A DNA stretch of 39,836 nucleotides from Jimgerdemannia flammicorona (GCA_003990765.1 RBNJ01000134.1:1-39836); one strand, 5' to 3'. Shown: positions 12,538 to 26,097, counted from the first letter of the stretch. Notes: generated by a model from the sequence alone, not told the origin. Numbers and translations: made by a program.

Positions 12538-13726
12538 TATGGTGTATGATTTGTATAGATCTAGTTACTAATACGTAGATAATATATATGGCTCAATATG
12601 CTACTGATTAATTATATGCTATTGATATCTTTATCTTCTAATAATGTTCTGACTCAATATTCAGTTCAACTGCTGTTTTATTTGTTCACATTTCTTATAT
12701 TAGGTTGGAATTCATATATCATGAGTCATTGGTCACATAACTAGATATTCAGAATAGTGAAAGGTAAAAGAACATATGTCATAGGTTCTGACATGCTGAT
12801 GATTATCTTAGTATTCCTGGCTAAGTTTCTGGTAGCATTCTGATATTTTCTGGATTTGTATTTTTTGAATTTTGTATAGTCCTTAACTGACTGTGGCAGT
12901 GTTTTCTTACTTAGCAGTTTTTTGTTGTAGTTTTCTTTGTAGCAACAATTTTAACTAACTTGTTCTTGAGTTTCTGGCTGGCATTTCTGATTTTTCTAAG
13001 CTTTTTAGTAAGTTGGTGATTATTCTGATATCCTTGGCTAGGCTTCCTGGTGATATTCTGATATTTTCTAGATCTTATATCCAATTCTCTATGGTGGTAG
13101 TAATTCATATTTTGAATTTTGTAATAATTTTTGAGATGGTAGCAAAATAGCAAGAGTAATTCTTTAGCTCTTGGAGTCTTTTCCCAAAGTTCTTACATTT
13201 GACTTCCTTTGTCTTTCAGAACTTAAGTTGGTATTGCAAACTAATTGACTGTAATCCAATTGACTTATATCTTGAATATATAGTTTTGTATCTTGAATCT
13301 TGAATTCTGAGATCTTTATCTAATTTCTGTAGTAGTAGCAAGAGTGATTTCCTTCAGCTCTTGGAGTCTTTTTCTAAAGTTCTTATACTTAACTTTCTTT
13401 ATCTTTTAGAACTTAAGTTGATATTGCAAACCAATTGACTTATGTTATATACCAATTGATAGAGGTTTATTCACTATAGATCAGAGGGGTATTTATACAG
13501 TTTTCAGGCTATATATAAGACTGAGTAATTGGTTAAAACTCACAATTACTAGAAGATACTATTTAGTATACTTTTGAAATTCAGGTGACTAACTAACTGA
13601 AAAAGGCTAGTTTTATATTTATAATAAATTTGGCTAGTTAAAGTGCAGTCACTATTTATACTACTAACTAACCTAAATATAGTTAGTTAAATACACAGTT
13701 ACTAACTTACTCAAATTTGACTAATA
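12538..13726 (-). repeat. Probable 5' LTR of B (long-U5 type), possibly with an internal insertion near 12570-12793
   Basis: Minus strand TATAAATACCCC..GTGAATAAACCTC (13463-13497) mirrors the C/D LTR. Internal duplication 13149-13250 / 13337-13440. Ends at ..ccaTA-TTTTGGGAAAG, which looks like a PBS with a deletion. Confidence 0.5.
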
Positions 13727-14757
13727 GAGCCATCCTCATGCATCTTAAAGTTCAATGTGATAGAGATTATATTATTCTCATCTTTCTTCTCATTTTCTTT
13801 AGGAAGTCTGACCAAATTATTTTCTGCATTCTCCACAGTTGTGTTGGAGTCAGTGAGAGGGTCTTGGAAGGGAGAAAGAAAGTTGTAGACATCATCTTCC
13901 AGTAGAATAAGTGGGTTATCATTATTCTCCAAGTTATCTAGAGAAGTGATGTTATTCTGCTTTTGAGATCTCTAGTTGATGGTGAGATCATCTACAAAAT
14001 AGAAAATATCTATAGAGTTTTAAGAGTAGTAGACTCTCAGGAGAGGGGCTTGAAATAGTGTAATCAGACTATAGAGGAATTGATCTGAGTTATTCTCTAG
14101 AATAGAGTTTTAAAGATCTTGAACTTCATTACTCTTGACTGTAATAGTAGATTGGGTCTCCTCAGTAACTATTTCCTCAAGGTGGTCTGCACCATAGCTT
14201 ATTAATTCTTGAATATCAGAGACCTTGATATATTCAAGATTGGGAATAGCCCAGAGTACATGCCTGAAGATCTGGTAGACTCTTCTGATCAGTTTTTGCT
14301 CATATCTATCCATATATGTAATATCTTCAATTTCTTGAAAGTTGGCTTATAAGAACTCCTAGCAGAGATGATGTCCTATTTTATATTCTTACTATATCTA
14401 GAGATACTCAGTGGCAGTAGTGATTCTTGTCTCTATTTCTCAATAGTTGAGAGTGTAGTGGTAGGGGTCTCTTGTATAGAGGTTCAGACTAGGGGTCCTA
14501 GCCTTATTATCTTCTTGATATCAGTAAATATTTATTCTTAGACTGATAGACCTGAGTGACTCCTTGATCTTACTATTTGGCAGATAGCAGATATCTTGTT
14601 TTTTGTAGTAAGCTTTGTAATTAATACCTTATCCTCTTTCTCTTTATACTTCTTTTATATCTTGAGGATCTGCTCCTTCAGTCCAGGGTATAGGGTCATC
14701 TGACTTGAGTAGTATACTGCTGGGGTCATTATGAGTTATAATGAGTTTAATTGTAGA
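13711..14757 (-). pseudogene. ORF3-like accessory gene relic (~345 codons, acidic tail)
   Basis: Track ORFs 14110-14313 and 13711-13932 are in frame and extend upstream through transition-type stops. EYKIGHHL..EQKLIRRVYQIF..AIPNL..IKVSDIQEL aligns by eye with ORF3 of element C. Confidence 0.6.
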
Positions 14758-15839
14758 TTATCTTATAATCAAAATGAGTTATAGTTGAATCATAACTTAT
14801 AACTGATGACTTACTAAGTCTAAGTAGTTTTCAGATTCTAATATTACTAGTTTCAAAGATATCATTATAATATATATTTATACTATTTTGGATAACTATA
14901 ACTACTAGTTTCAGAATTTCTATTTAAAATTCCAGTGACTTATTGATATATAATAATTTATTATATAAATATCTTCTTTATATAAAAATAGTAACCTATT
15001 TAATTAAGTATAGATTAAGTCCAATGGCTTCTTTTAATTGATAATAAGAGATTTAGACCTTTAAATATAATTTCTTAATTTTTAGTTTTGACTAATTAGT
15101 GAGATTAATAAGTATAAATTTAGATAATACTATAACTATTTTAAATTTATTTAAATTTTTAAGATATTTAATTATAATATATTCTAAACTAGTAGTAAAA
15201 AAAATAGATTTCAGATTTCTTAAGATAATATTTTTCTTTAAGAATAAGCTTGCTATTTTTCTTATTAAAAGAGTCTAGATTTTTAAGAGCTAGTCTTATT
15301 ATTATATATATACTGATAGAATTGATATATTATAAATAATCTGTTATAGACTATTAGTCCTAAGCTCTAAGTTTAGTAAGAAAGTACTAATTCTAATTAG
15401 TTAAATCTATAATGAAGTTACTAAGTTCTAATTATCTAATACTGAGACTAGGTCTAAGTATTGTTTTTAGAGTCTTATTATAGATAGAGATACTGTACTT
15501 ATATTCTAAGTTGATCAGACCTAGAATTATAAATAAGTTATATTTGAGAGTTCTTAATAAAAATATTTCTTTATTTTTTCTCAGAAAAGTAGAGCTGAGA
15601 TTATAACATACTTAGTACAGAGAGTATTTATACAGATTGGGTAGCTATGGCTAATATATTATACTAGATATATATTATTATATCATTATATCATATAAGA
15701 TATATAACTAGAGATTCCAGCTATAGCTAAGCTACTCTGACCAGTTATGGCTAATTAGAGCCATAGTTGGCTATAGCTAGCCACTAGCTAGTCAGGTGAC
15801 TAGACTTAATTTTTAAGTTATAGTATATATATATATTTT

Positions 15840-16290
15840 TTGTAGTCACCCATCCACAGTCTTCACTCACCTACTCACTCTTCACTCATTATATCTTTTT
15901 CTCACCAACTACTCTCTTTATAGCTATTTCTCTTTATAGACACCCACTCTCTTTGAGCCACCTACCCTCTTTGTAACTACTCTATGCTTTTTTTTTCAAC
16001 TATCAGAGCAGCCTTCATGGTCTTTATAGTCACCTACCCTCTTTACTACCTACTCATACCACTCACTCTTCACTTATGGCTCCTATATAGCCACCCATCT
16101 CTTTGTAGCCACTCACTCTTTTTGTAGTAACTCTATACTTTTTTTTTTTTTTTCCAATAGTATTTTTTTTTTTTCAACTATCTTTTATCTGAGAGACGGA
16201 GACCTATCTTTCATGATCTTTATGGCCATCTACCCTTTATGGCCTTCACAGCTACTTATTCTTCATAATCTTTATAATTACTCACCTCAC
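15840..16290. repeat. Degenerate low-complexity tandem repeats (tagccacccactcttt-like) with T runs
   Basis: Recurrent tagYcaccYacYctctttR units. Confidence 0.65.
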
Positions 16291-16839
16291 TTCCAAAACT
16301 GACCCCTTTTACTATAGTGTCCCAATCTACATTTTCTGAGCCCTAGGAGTCAAAACTGATCTTCATAAGTATCTATATAGTTTATTTATTATGATTACAT
16401 ATTGTTCATAATATTTATAGTATATATAGTAGATATAGTAAGACTACTATTATTTACAAATATATATAGCATATTGAAATATAATTTTTTAATGTCTCTC
16501 AAATATACTTATTTGCCTTTTTTTAACTTATTAAGATAGTATAGTGCTAATTTGACTAGTTTTGTAATTGCTCATTCTTATTCTAAATCTGTTTCTTCAT
16601 GTTTTTATTTATATTTATCTTAGTGTAAAACTTTTCTGAAAATATGGTAGTTTTTGAGAATATCTTCAAGAGTGGAATTGATAGTATAGAGATATAAATC
16701 TTTATATATTCCAATAGGTTGTGAAGATTATACTAGAATTACTTGAGCTTTTTACAGAGTAGTACAGATTTGTTATATTTTATTAGTATCTTTAGCTTTC
16801 TTTTAGGCTTATTTGATATCCTCTTCAGCTTTTTATTTG

Positions 16840-17030
16840 ATAGTAGGGGTAGTGGTAGAGGTGATAATAGTAGTGGTGATAGTAGTAGTAGTAGTAGTAG
16901 TAGAGATAACAATGATAGTAGTAGTAGTAGTAGTGACAGTGATAGCTTTCTTTTAAGTAGCAGTAGTAGCTTTCTTTTGAGTAGTAGTGGTAGCTTTCTT
17001 TTGGATAGCAGTGGTAGCTTTCTTCTAGAC
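16840..17030. repeat. (AGT)n microsatellite plus 24-bp tandem repeat x3.5, probably the relic of a repetitive coding region
   Basis: agctttcttttRRRtagYagtRgt starting at 16944, 16968, 16992 and 17016. Confidence 0.8.
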
Positions 17031-17597
17031 TTATTGCTTATTATATATTCTGGTATTTCATATGACACTTGTTTTGACTTTTTACTTCATCTAAATATGC
17101 TCCTCATTATTAGAAGTATTCTTATTACTAGCTGAAGTTAGTGAAGGGATGATGCTAGTTCTTGATGTATAAAATATTTCTTTATTAACTGTAATATATA
17201 CTTCTTTTAATGTTGATTTAATAAGAAAGATTTGGATTTTATAGATATAGTTTTTAATATTAGCTAAAAGGTTAAAGTGTTAATTGAGATACTTATCTTT
17301 TGATTATTGTTTATTTGCAAACTATTGTTAAAAGATATATTAGCTACAAAAAACTATATCAGCTATAAGGTTTCATAGTCACTTTGAGGTTTTATAGTCA
17401 TTTTGAGGTTTTATAGTTACATATCACACTTGGCCATATTAAGATTTTATTAAAAGTGTGAGAATTTTGAACTTAAGATAAGAAAATTATAGGTAAATAA
17501 TAATAGTTAATAGAAATATTATTATAATATTTTATATTTATATTATAGTTATTATATATATTATAATATATAATATAAGTATCAGATATCTAGATAA

Positions 17598-19276
17598 TGT
17601 GACCCTCATATATTATAGTTACTCTCATAGTTATCTAGTTACTACAGAAAATATATAAATAGTACCAGATACTCAGATTGAGACTACTGAACCTCAAAAG
17701 CACTATACCTTAAAGATACTGTACTCTAAGGGTACAATAGAAGTCACACATCATATTTAGCCATACTGTATATTTTATAATTAATCAGATAGCAACCACA
17801 ACTATATAAAATACCCTAGAGACAAGAGTGAATAAATCTCAGTCAGAAATTAAATCTAAAGCAATAGCTTCTCTTTCCACTCCAGTCTACTTTCTGATAT
17901 AAAGATTGCCTGAGATTTGCTACTAAAGTTTAAGTAAAGAACTTTGCCACCTTTTGAAGAGAAATCTACTGCTTAAGGAATAAGTTACTATATCTTGATT
18001 TACTTACCAGATAAGTCTGAAATTCCTCTTGCCACAAAGCCAGTCTTCTGATGCAACTTCATAATAGAGCCAGTCCATCTGATACAACCCCATGCAAATG
18101 AAGCTAGTCTTTGATATAACTTTGCCAAGAGAAGAGAATCTGAGTTATTCAAAAAGTCTGTTGATTCAGAAAGAATCTGTACTATCTGCAATTCCCAGAG
18201 AGTCCACCTTAAGAAAACTTGCCACAAGCTAGTCTATCTGATACAACTAGTGCTCTCAAAACGAATATTCGAATCAATTCAAAGTGGATATATATGGTAT
18301 TTGAATTGAATTGATTTGATTCAATTTGAATATTATTTTGATTTCCAAATTAGGATACAAACATTTTCCTCAATAACTCCATGAGTTTTCATCTGATTTT
18401 GATGTAACTAGTGTTTTTGGAAAGATCTCTATAATGGCTTTCCAATGATACTAAGATAACTGAAATCAGATGAAAACCTGTAGGTTATTGAGGAAAATGT
18501 TTGTGTTCTAATTTGGAAATCAAAACAATATTCAAATCAAATCAAATTAATTTGATTTGAATACCATATATATATATTCACTTCAAATTGATTTTAATAT
18601 TCGTTTTGGGAGCACTAGATACAACTTTGTAGTAAAGCCAGTCTCTTGATATAACTCTGTGCAAATGAAGCCAGTCCTTGATACAACTTGCTCAAGAATT
18701 TATCTGAGTTACTAAGTTATTCACTATCTGAGTTATTTCTCAGAAGAGCTAATTTAGAAAGAATCTACATCATCTAAATTATCTGAATTATTCAAATTAT
18801 CCATGTCTTTCAAGTTATCTGAGTTATTGAATTATTCACTACCCAAGTTATTTGAATTATTAAGTTATCCACTATTCTCAAAGAGCTTACTGATTCAGGA
18901 GAATCTGTACCAAATCAAGTTATCTATCAAATTATATAAGGAAACTGCCAAATTATCAGACTGCTTCATATAAGGTAATCTGTTATGCTATACAGAGATC
19001 ATTATGCAGAGATTGCTACTACTCAAGAAAGAAACTACTAAATTGCCAGACTATCATATATACTATATTATATACAAATCACTGCTATATTCAGAGAACT
19101 GTTCTAATAAGAAAATTGGCCATTATATTCAGATTGACTATTATACTACTAAATACCAAGGACCTTAAAAATTATAGAATATTTTATTACTTTTTGACAA
19201 AGTAACTGAGGACTCAAGCCAAACTACATCAACCCCTAATCTTGTAATTTTCCTCCATTGAGCCAGATATATTATA
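17598..19276 (+). repeat. 5' LTR of D (contains a MITE)
   Basis: tataaaataccctagagacaagagtgaataaa at ~17805 matches the C LTRs; followed by the PBS TTTGAGGGGCTCAACTGAGA at 19277. Confidence 0.8.
18248..18617. mobile_element. Foldback MITE, hAT-type (370 bp)
   Basis: TAGTGCTC...GAGCACTA termini, exact 8-bp TSD GATACAAC (18240-18247, 18618-18625); the two halves are reverse complements almost to the centre. Confidence 0.92.
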
Positions 19277-19861
19277 TTTGAGGGGCTCAACTGAGAAGAT
19301 TTCAAATTAATATAACTTTTTAGCTTATAAGATCCCATAGTCAAACTAAATATATTTGATATAATACTAATCTCTACTACTATAAGAGAACCAGTCATTA
19401 CCAGCATTTGGACAGAAAGAGAAGTAATTATCTCAAGACTTACTAACTATCCAGTATTAGAAAGATCTCAACAGAAAGCTAGTATAGTATAGAATTCTTA
19501 GCCTATACTAACAAACTTTCTATAGGACTAACTAGATCACACAGACAGCTCTACTAGAATCTTCAATGAGCTTATATAAGAACTTGAAGATCTCATTGCA
19601 TGAACCTGATTCTCTGCAGAAATCCTACCAATTTTACCTATTAAACCTCTCCCATCAGCTGTTACAGAATAAGAAGAACTAGGAGCACCTTCTTCAAGAA
19701 TACTCAGACCTATTGTATCTCATCCAAGATCTCTAACACTCTCTTCAGAATACCCAAGTGTCCCAAACTCCAACCACAACTCAGAAAGTAAACAATAATC
19801 AGAATCTGAATTAGAACTAGAATCTGAACCAGAATTAGAATTAGAGGATAGTAATAATGAA

Positions 19862-22800
19862 ATGGCCACCCCTTTGCCAACTTTTGCAGAATACTCAGAA
19901 GAAGACCCAAGAGAATTTCTTGATAGAATTGAAGAAATTGTAGCTCTGAAGAACCTCTCTCTCAAAAGAAAGATTGTTATCTATAAGGCTCAACTTAGAG
20001 AACCAGTCAAAGAAATCTTTACCTAAGCAAGAAATGACCTAAACTTAGACCTTGGAGTAGCTATCAATGGAGCACCAATCTGGCTAGCAGAGTATAAAGC
20101 CATAATCCACTGGCTTATCAAAAAAATATACAGAAAATGAGATCTACTATAAGGCCCAAGAGTCTATCATAGGAATGAAGATGAATCTTAGAGAATTATT
20201 CAGAGCATTCTTCATAATAATTCAAAAGAGAATATATGCTACTAGATTCAATACTACCAATCAAGACATTATAGGTCCAATGATCTTCATGAATGGGATT
20301 CTCCCAAATATTACTCAGTATATCTACACTCTAGGTATCAGAAGGTCTGAAGAGCAAGTAGATATAGCCCAAGAATTTTTTGATATCAGACAAGGAACCT
20401 AGAGTGACCATGACAAGAAGAATGATAAAGAAGATATTCTGGTTAAAGCCCTACAAGGACTCCTTCAAGGACAGGAGAGATCTAAAGAAAGAAAACCAGC
20501 TAAAGAATGAAAGAAGGATAGAAGTAAAATTTAAGACCTCAGTTCCAAGTTAGACTGATTGGTTGGACAGATTGAAAAACTCACCATATGTAAAAATCAG
20601 AGCTATCCACAAGATAACAGAGGATATATATCACAAAAGAACCAAAGTTATTCACCCAGAGATAACAGGAGCTATCATCAAGAAGAAAGAAAATACCCTA
20701 TCTAAGATAGAGCCCAAGTTTAGTGCTTCTACTGTGGACAATTCAGATACTATGCTACTAAATATAATAATAAAAAAAGTGACTAAAGGGACTCAGAATC
20801 ACCAAACTAAAGAAATGAAACCCAGTATAAGAGAACTGAAGTCTATCCTATCAAAGACTTTGAAGAAGAAAGCAATAGTAAAGACTATAGTAATCTAGAC
20901 CTATACCCAGTCAAAGTTATTATCAAAAAGTTAATTTATCTAGCAGAGAAAAGGAAGAGACCTATAGGAAGATCATCTAGGAACATTAGCAGAAGAATTA
21001 TCTAAGAAAAAGATAAAGGATATGAAGAAGAGCAAGTAGAAACACCTCTTTAATCTCTCTCATCTTTTGTTCCTGAAATAAATAAACTACTCCCAGATAA
21101 TAACAAAATAGAGTAAGAAGAACAGAAATCTGCTGCCCTGAAGCCTAAGAAGAAGTATACTCTGAAGACTATGCCTAGAGATATCTATAATGAAGCCTAG
21201 CAAAAGATTCAAGAAACCAAGATAGAAGTTCCTCTTCTGCAGTTTCTGCAACTGACACTAGCTAGAGTTTAAAACAAATTACTGAGAACTACCAGGTCTA
21301 GCACTGGCCAAGTCCCAATCCCATAGTAAGAAAAAGCTCCCACTCCTATTCAAGCTGTAGAGAGACATGTCAGTACCTATCTATATGGAGATATTAGAGG
21401 ACAAAAGGTGAAAATCTTCATAGATACAAAAGTAGCTGTCTATATCATTGTCAAATGATTTCTGGACACCCTCTAATGGCCTATTGATAGACCATTCAAT
21501 CTCAGCATCATAGTAGCAGATAGAGCCCAAACTCAATTCCTTAGAGAAGTATAAAACATCACTATCTTTCTGAGACATATTCCATTCTTTATCCCAAAAG
21601 CTGTTATCACTGAGACTGTTATCTATGATATGATTCTTGGTACCAACTAGATGAAGGAAATGAATGCAGTTGTTGATATTAGTCAATAAGTACTCAAGTT
21701 TGACTACTGAGGCAAGAAGTATAGAGTTAAGATGACTAGCTATAAGCAATCAAAGAAAAAGAAGAAGGTCACCATTCTAGAAGAATATACTTACAGTAAA
21801 GAGTCTACTATAGAAGAGTAAGAAGAATCTGAAGATAGAAATGATCTCAGGCTCAATCTCTGAATCAACCTAGTGGATGATGGGCCAGAAGATAATGTGT
21901 GAGCCAGAAATACTATCCCTATCACAATCAGAGCTATTGCAGAATAGATCAGAGGATATCCCATCTGTCTCAAAAGACACAAGTACTCTAAACACTCATC
22001 CAAGATCATTGAAACAAGGAATTTGCTTGGAACAGTCTGCCCTGAGTGTAGAAAAAGAAAGAAAAAATACAGACATATTCTGAAGACACCTATAGCTAAA
22101 GCTGCAGAAGTATAAGCAATTTGGGATCAAAAATCATCTGAGGAAGAAGAAACCCCCAAGCAAGAGGTTCCTAAACAAGAAGTATCCAAAGAAAAAGAGG
22201 TCCCCAAACTCATTCCCTGGGATGACCCTCACTAGATACTATCTGAAAACAATGATCCTTGGAATATTGAAGAAGAACTCATTACAATTCCCATTATCTC
22301 AAAGTGAGAAACATATCAGGAAAGAATCTTTTGGCTAGAAAGATGTTTACATCAAATGGTCTTCCACTCTTCCCCAGACTATTGCTACCAGTGCCATCTA
22401 CTGGATCAATAAGAAAGATAGAGACCCTAAAGGTCAGAACTCTTAACTACAATTATATAATCAACCACCTTTCAAGAAGTCACTATAAGGTTACAAAGTT
22501 GATTTAGAGAATAAGATCTCTTTACTCAAACAGAAGTATATCTCTTGGCCACCCTTCTCTCAACTTATAATTAAGATAAATACTGATTCCTAAGATAATA
22601 GGAGATTAATAGCCAGGAATAATATTTTGAGCAATAGAATATTGTAATTATAGAAGACACCCAGACTACCAAGACTACAGATACTAGAAGATTCACCACA
22701 GTCAGGATGTTGTAGTCCACACTTTAAAAAGAAGAGACAATAGAACCCAGATCTGAAAAAGCTAGACCAAGAAACTAAGAAGAAGAATTTTTAAGATCTA

Positions 22801-24258
22801 TAATTTGAGAGAAGATATTATAGCTCTTATCAGACATGTAACTCACTGAGGATGGATAGAAGATGCTATCAATTTTATGGAAGCCTAGACCCAATAAGAA
22901 AAAGAGGAATTAATTATCTCTGATATCTCTCTACTGGAGCCAGATGGCTACACCTCAATCTCAGAGCTTGAAGACTTTCTGTTAGAAGAGCTTCAGCCCA
23001 AGGATAGCCCAAACTCAGCAAGAATATTGCCCAGTATATTCTGCTACATCCTAAGGCCAAACTCCTGACCAAAGCTCACTAAGAAGATATAGAGTATGAT
23101 TTCTACAGTCTGGATGATGAACTCATCAAACCTGGAAAAACATTGGTGTTTAGAACTGAACTAGCCATATAGCAATTCAAAGATACTTATATCTAACTGA
23201 CCTCAAGGTCTGGACTTGTCAGACAGAGAGTAACTGTAAAAGGAGAAACTATGGATCTAGGATATATAGGCAAAATCAAGATCATTCTATATAACAGTAA
23301 TATAGAATAGTACTGATTTTTTGAAGGACAAAAGATTGCTCAAGCAGTCTTCATAAAAGTCAAGACTCCCTAATTATAAGAAGTCTCCAAACTGACTGAA
23401 GGAACAAGGCAAGCTAAAGGATTTGAAAGCTCAGACAAGAAGAAAGTATATCTCCTTTAGGTCAATTATCCCAAAAAGAATACTCCTCAGTAAGTATATC
23501 ACTAATCAGTCAAACTGCACAAGAATCTCATCCTGGAGTATAGAGAGCAAACTACCTTCAAAATCTTTACACTACCTAACTCCAGAAATCTCTTCTTCAA
23601 ACCCAATGAAAATATCCCAAACTTGGATATCAAGGGACATATATTTTCTGACAAGATGAATCCTGTATACTCATGAGCAACTAACCAGAGCTGAGAAAGT
23701 ATCACCTTATCAAAAGGAACCATCATAGGACACCTAGTGTCCTTCCTCAACTAAACTCACAGAGAAGTCTATGAGCTAAATCTATCAGGAAATAGCAAAA
23801 GGTTCTAGAAGAAAGAAAAGGCTCCTCTGTAATCCAGAAGACAGTAAAGCCTTCTACTAACATTGAAGAAGAATTGACACTCTAGCAATGGCAATAACTA
23901 ATAGAACTTCTTAATAAATATCAAGATATCTTCATCATAGACTATAGAAATCTATCATATAACTCACTATATCACTATAGTATAAATATAAGGAATATAA
24001 TACCCATCTGGTAGAAATCTTATAGAATACCCTATTATCTAAAAATATTTGAGAAAGAACAAATTTAGGAACTCTTAGATAATAAAGTTATCTGATCCTC
24101 TACCAACTCTTGAACCAGCCCTATACTTATTATACCAAAAGAAAGGAGGATAGAGACTCAGCATAGACTACAGAAAACTCAATTCAGTTACTAAAAAAAA
24201 TATATATCCTTTGCCCAGAATTGATGACCTCTTAGACTAGTTACAAGATATCAGATAT
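19862..24258 (+). pseudogene. Element D gag - PR - accessory region - dUTPase (~23020-23435) - RT start
   Basis: MATPLPTFAEYSEEDPREFLDRIE, CFYCGQFRYYATK(Y), FIDTKVA, YDMILGTN, TSRSGL, GQKIAQ, RQAKGFESSD, DYRKLNSVTKK. Confidence 0.9.
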
Positions 24259-25146
24259 GTATATCTATCTTCAATATCTCTATCTCTATTGTCTCCATAT
24301 ATATCTATCTCTAATATCTCCAGCTCTAGTATCTCTAATGTTATTTAATAGTCTTCAGCCATCTCTAGTATCTTATAATATAATATACAGAATTACTAAA
24401 AATATACTTAGATTATTATAGAGCTATATATTATGATAAATATAACAGAAAATATAATGCTTGAAGTATATAATAATGAGTATAATTATCTGAATTACTC
24501 TTTATAATGTAGTCTACTAATATAAGGCTTTATAGTCTGAGTATTTTAATCATTTTTTCAACTCAGTTATTGAATTCTAAATTATTATATTAGGAAGTAA
24601 GAGTTTGAAAGCTTGAAAAGTAAAAGTCAAAAGTCCAAATAAGTTTGAGAGAATGCAAAAGCTAAGTATTCCTACAATATACTTCAGGAGAAATGTCTGC
24701 TCTAAAGCCACTTCTGCTACACTTCAAGGCAAGACAAGATATTAGAATGAGATATATAAGCAGAAAGATAAGACATGTTAGAATGAGAGTAAGAGAAGGT
24801 TCCAAAATACCAGAAAATATATAATATATTAGCATAGAGAGCTAGTATAATAAATCAATATAAAGAACTGAGCAAAACTCTGTTTTTTTTTTTTTTTTCT
24901 CTAAGTCTGAACATACTAGCTGATTGTATTAGAATAAGTAGTAAGGTGAGGAGCATTAGATACATTGGCTGACTGGAGTTGTGTTAGAATGAGAGGAGAG
25001 ATATTGAAATGAATAGTAGCAAGACAAGGTGTCAGAAAAGAGTAATGAGGCAAAAGGCCAGAAAATGTACATTAAAAGAAAGCTCTTAACTTCTTGAGTT
25101 GTTTAGTAAATAATTCTGTAAGGTGGATTCTTGGCAACTAAAGAGT

Positions 25147-25430
25147 GTTGAAATAGAAGTCTCTAAAAGAACCTATATCTGTTTTATAAAAAAGAGTAGT
25201 CTGATTAAGAAAGAGAGACTCTATATAGCTAGAAGAGTTATAGACTAAGAATTCAAAGGCAAAATCAAGATTCTCCTATATAATACTAAATAGAAGACAT
25301 TTAAAATCACATGTGAAAAATGAATTATCCAAGTCATTATTGAGGTAATATATATGACCTTAAAGTTAAAGAAAAAAATGAACTATTACCCTCTAATAGA
25401 GGAGAAAAAATATTCAGATCAATAGAAAGA
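25147..25430 (+). pseudogene. dUTPase relic of a third retroelement family
   Basis: IEVSKRTY..KKSSL..IARRVID*EFKGKIKILLYN..EK*IIQVII..SNRGEKIFRSI (motifs II-V after G->A decay). Confidence 0.75.
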
Positions 25431-25769
25431 CACCCTAATAAGACTAAATAGAAGACCAAGGTACTGAAGATTGTCTATATTAAAGAACCTCAAGAATAAG
25501 ATTAGAAATAATATTAGTGTATTGCTGATAGATATGTCCCTATAGGACAATGTTCTCATAGAATTAAGATATACTATTTTGAATATATAGAAGAATATAT
25601 TATATATGTCCTTGAATCTAAGAAGTACAAGCCAATCATCTCAGAACAATGAGATGAAGAAATCAAGAACATTGATAATAAGATAGAGAAGTATAAGATT
25701 GAGAAGAAGAGACTATCTTAGAAATAATTGCTGTCTGGTAAGAAGACAATATAGAATATATCTCTCTCT

Positions 25770-26097
25770 AAGAGAAAATCAAAGAAAACTCTGTTAAAGT
25801 CCTTATTGACAGTAGAGCAAGTAAGTGCTATCTTAATAAAGAAACTGCTGACAAACTCTACCTCAAGATATATATAAAGGAACTCAGAAGAAAATATTAC
25901 TATATTCAGAAATAGAATAATATAGAAACTCTCTAAGATATATATATAAGAATATACTTCTATAACTTAAAAATTACATATAATATAAGACAAATCTTCT
26001 ACATTGTACATCTCTCTAGATACAACCTCATCCTCAGAAAATTCTGACTCACTCAGGAAAATCCTCACATCAATTGGTAAATCAATATAATGTCATT
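25770..26097 (+). pseudogene. Retropepsin-type protease relic
   Basis: VKVLIDSRASKCYL ... RYNLILRKF*LTQENPHINW (ancestral LIDSGAS / YDLILGKPWL). Confidence 0.8.

Larger units (their letters stand above)
5340..13726 (-). mobile_element. Ty3/gypsy LTR retrotransposon B (degenerate, dUTPase-bearing); 3' part cut by the LINE
   Basis: Minus-strand order LTR, leader, gag, PR, accessory region, dUTPase, RT, RNase H, IN. The 5' boundary is approximate. Confidence 0.88.
17598..24258 (+). mobile_element. Ty3/gypsy element D (same family as C, more eroded), truncated at the start of RT
   Basis: TGTGAC start, LTR, PBS, then colinear with C up to YPLPRIDDLLD*LQDIRY. Confidence 0.92.

Noticed and set aside
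12570-12793. Solo LTR starting TGTCAG on the minus strand
   Set aside because: No convincing CA end or TSD found; left as unresolved.
16739-17135. Poly-Leu membrane protein or poly-Ser protein
   Set aside because: Products of an (AGT)n-like mutated repeat.
24259-25140. Possible LTR start at 24258 and a minus-strand poly(A) tail at 24883-24898
   Set aside because: Too eroded; no TSD or coding motif could be supported.
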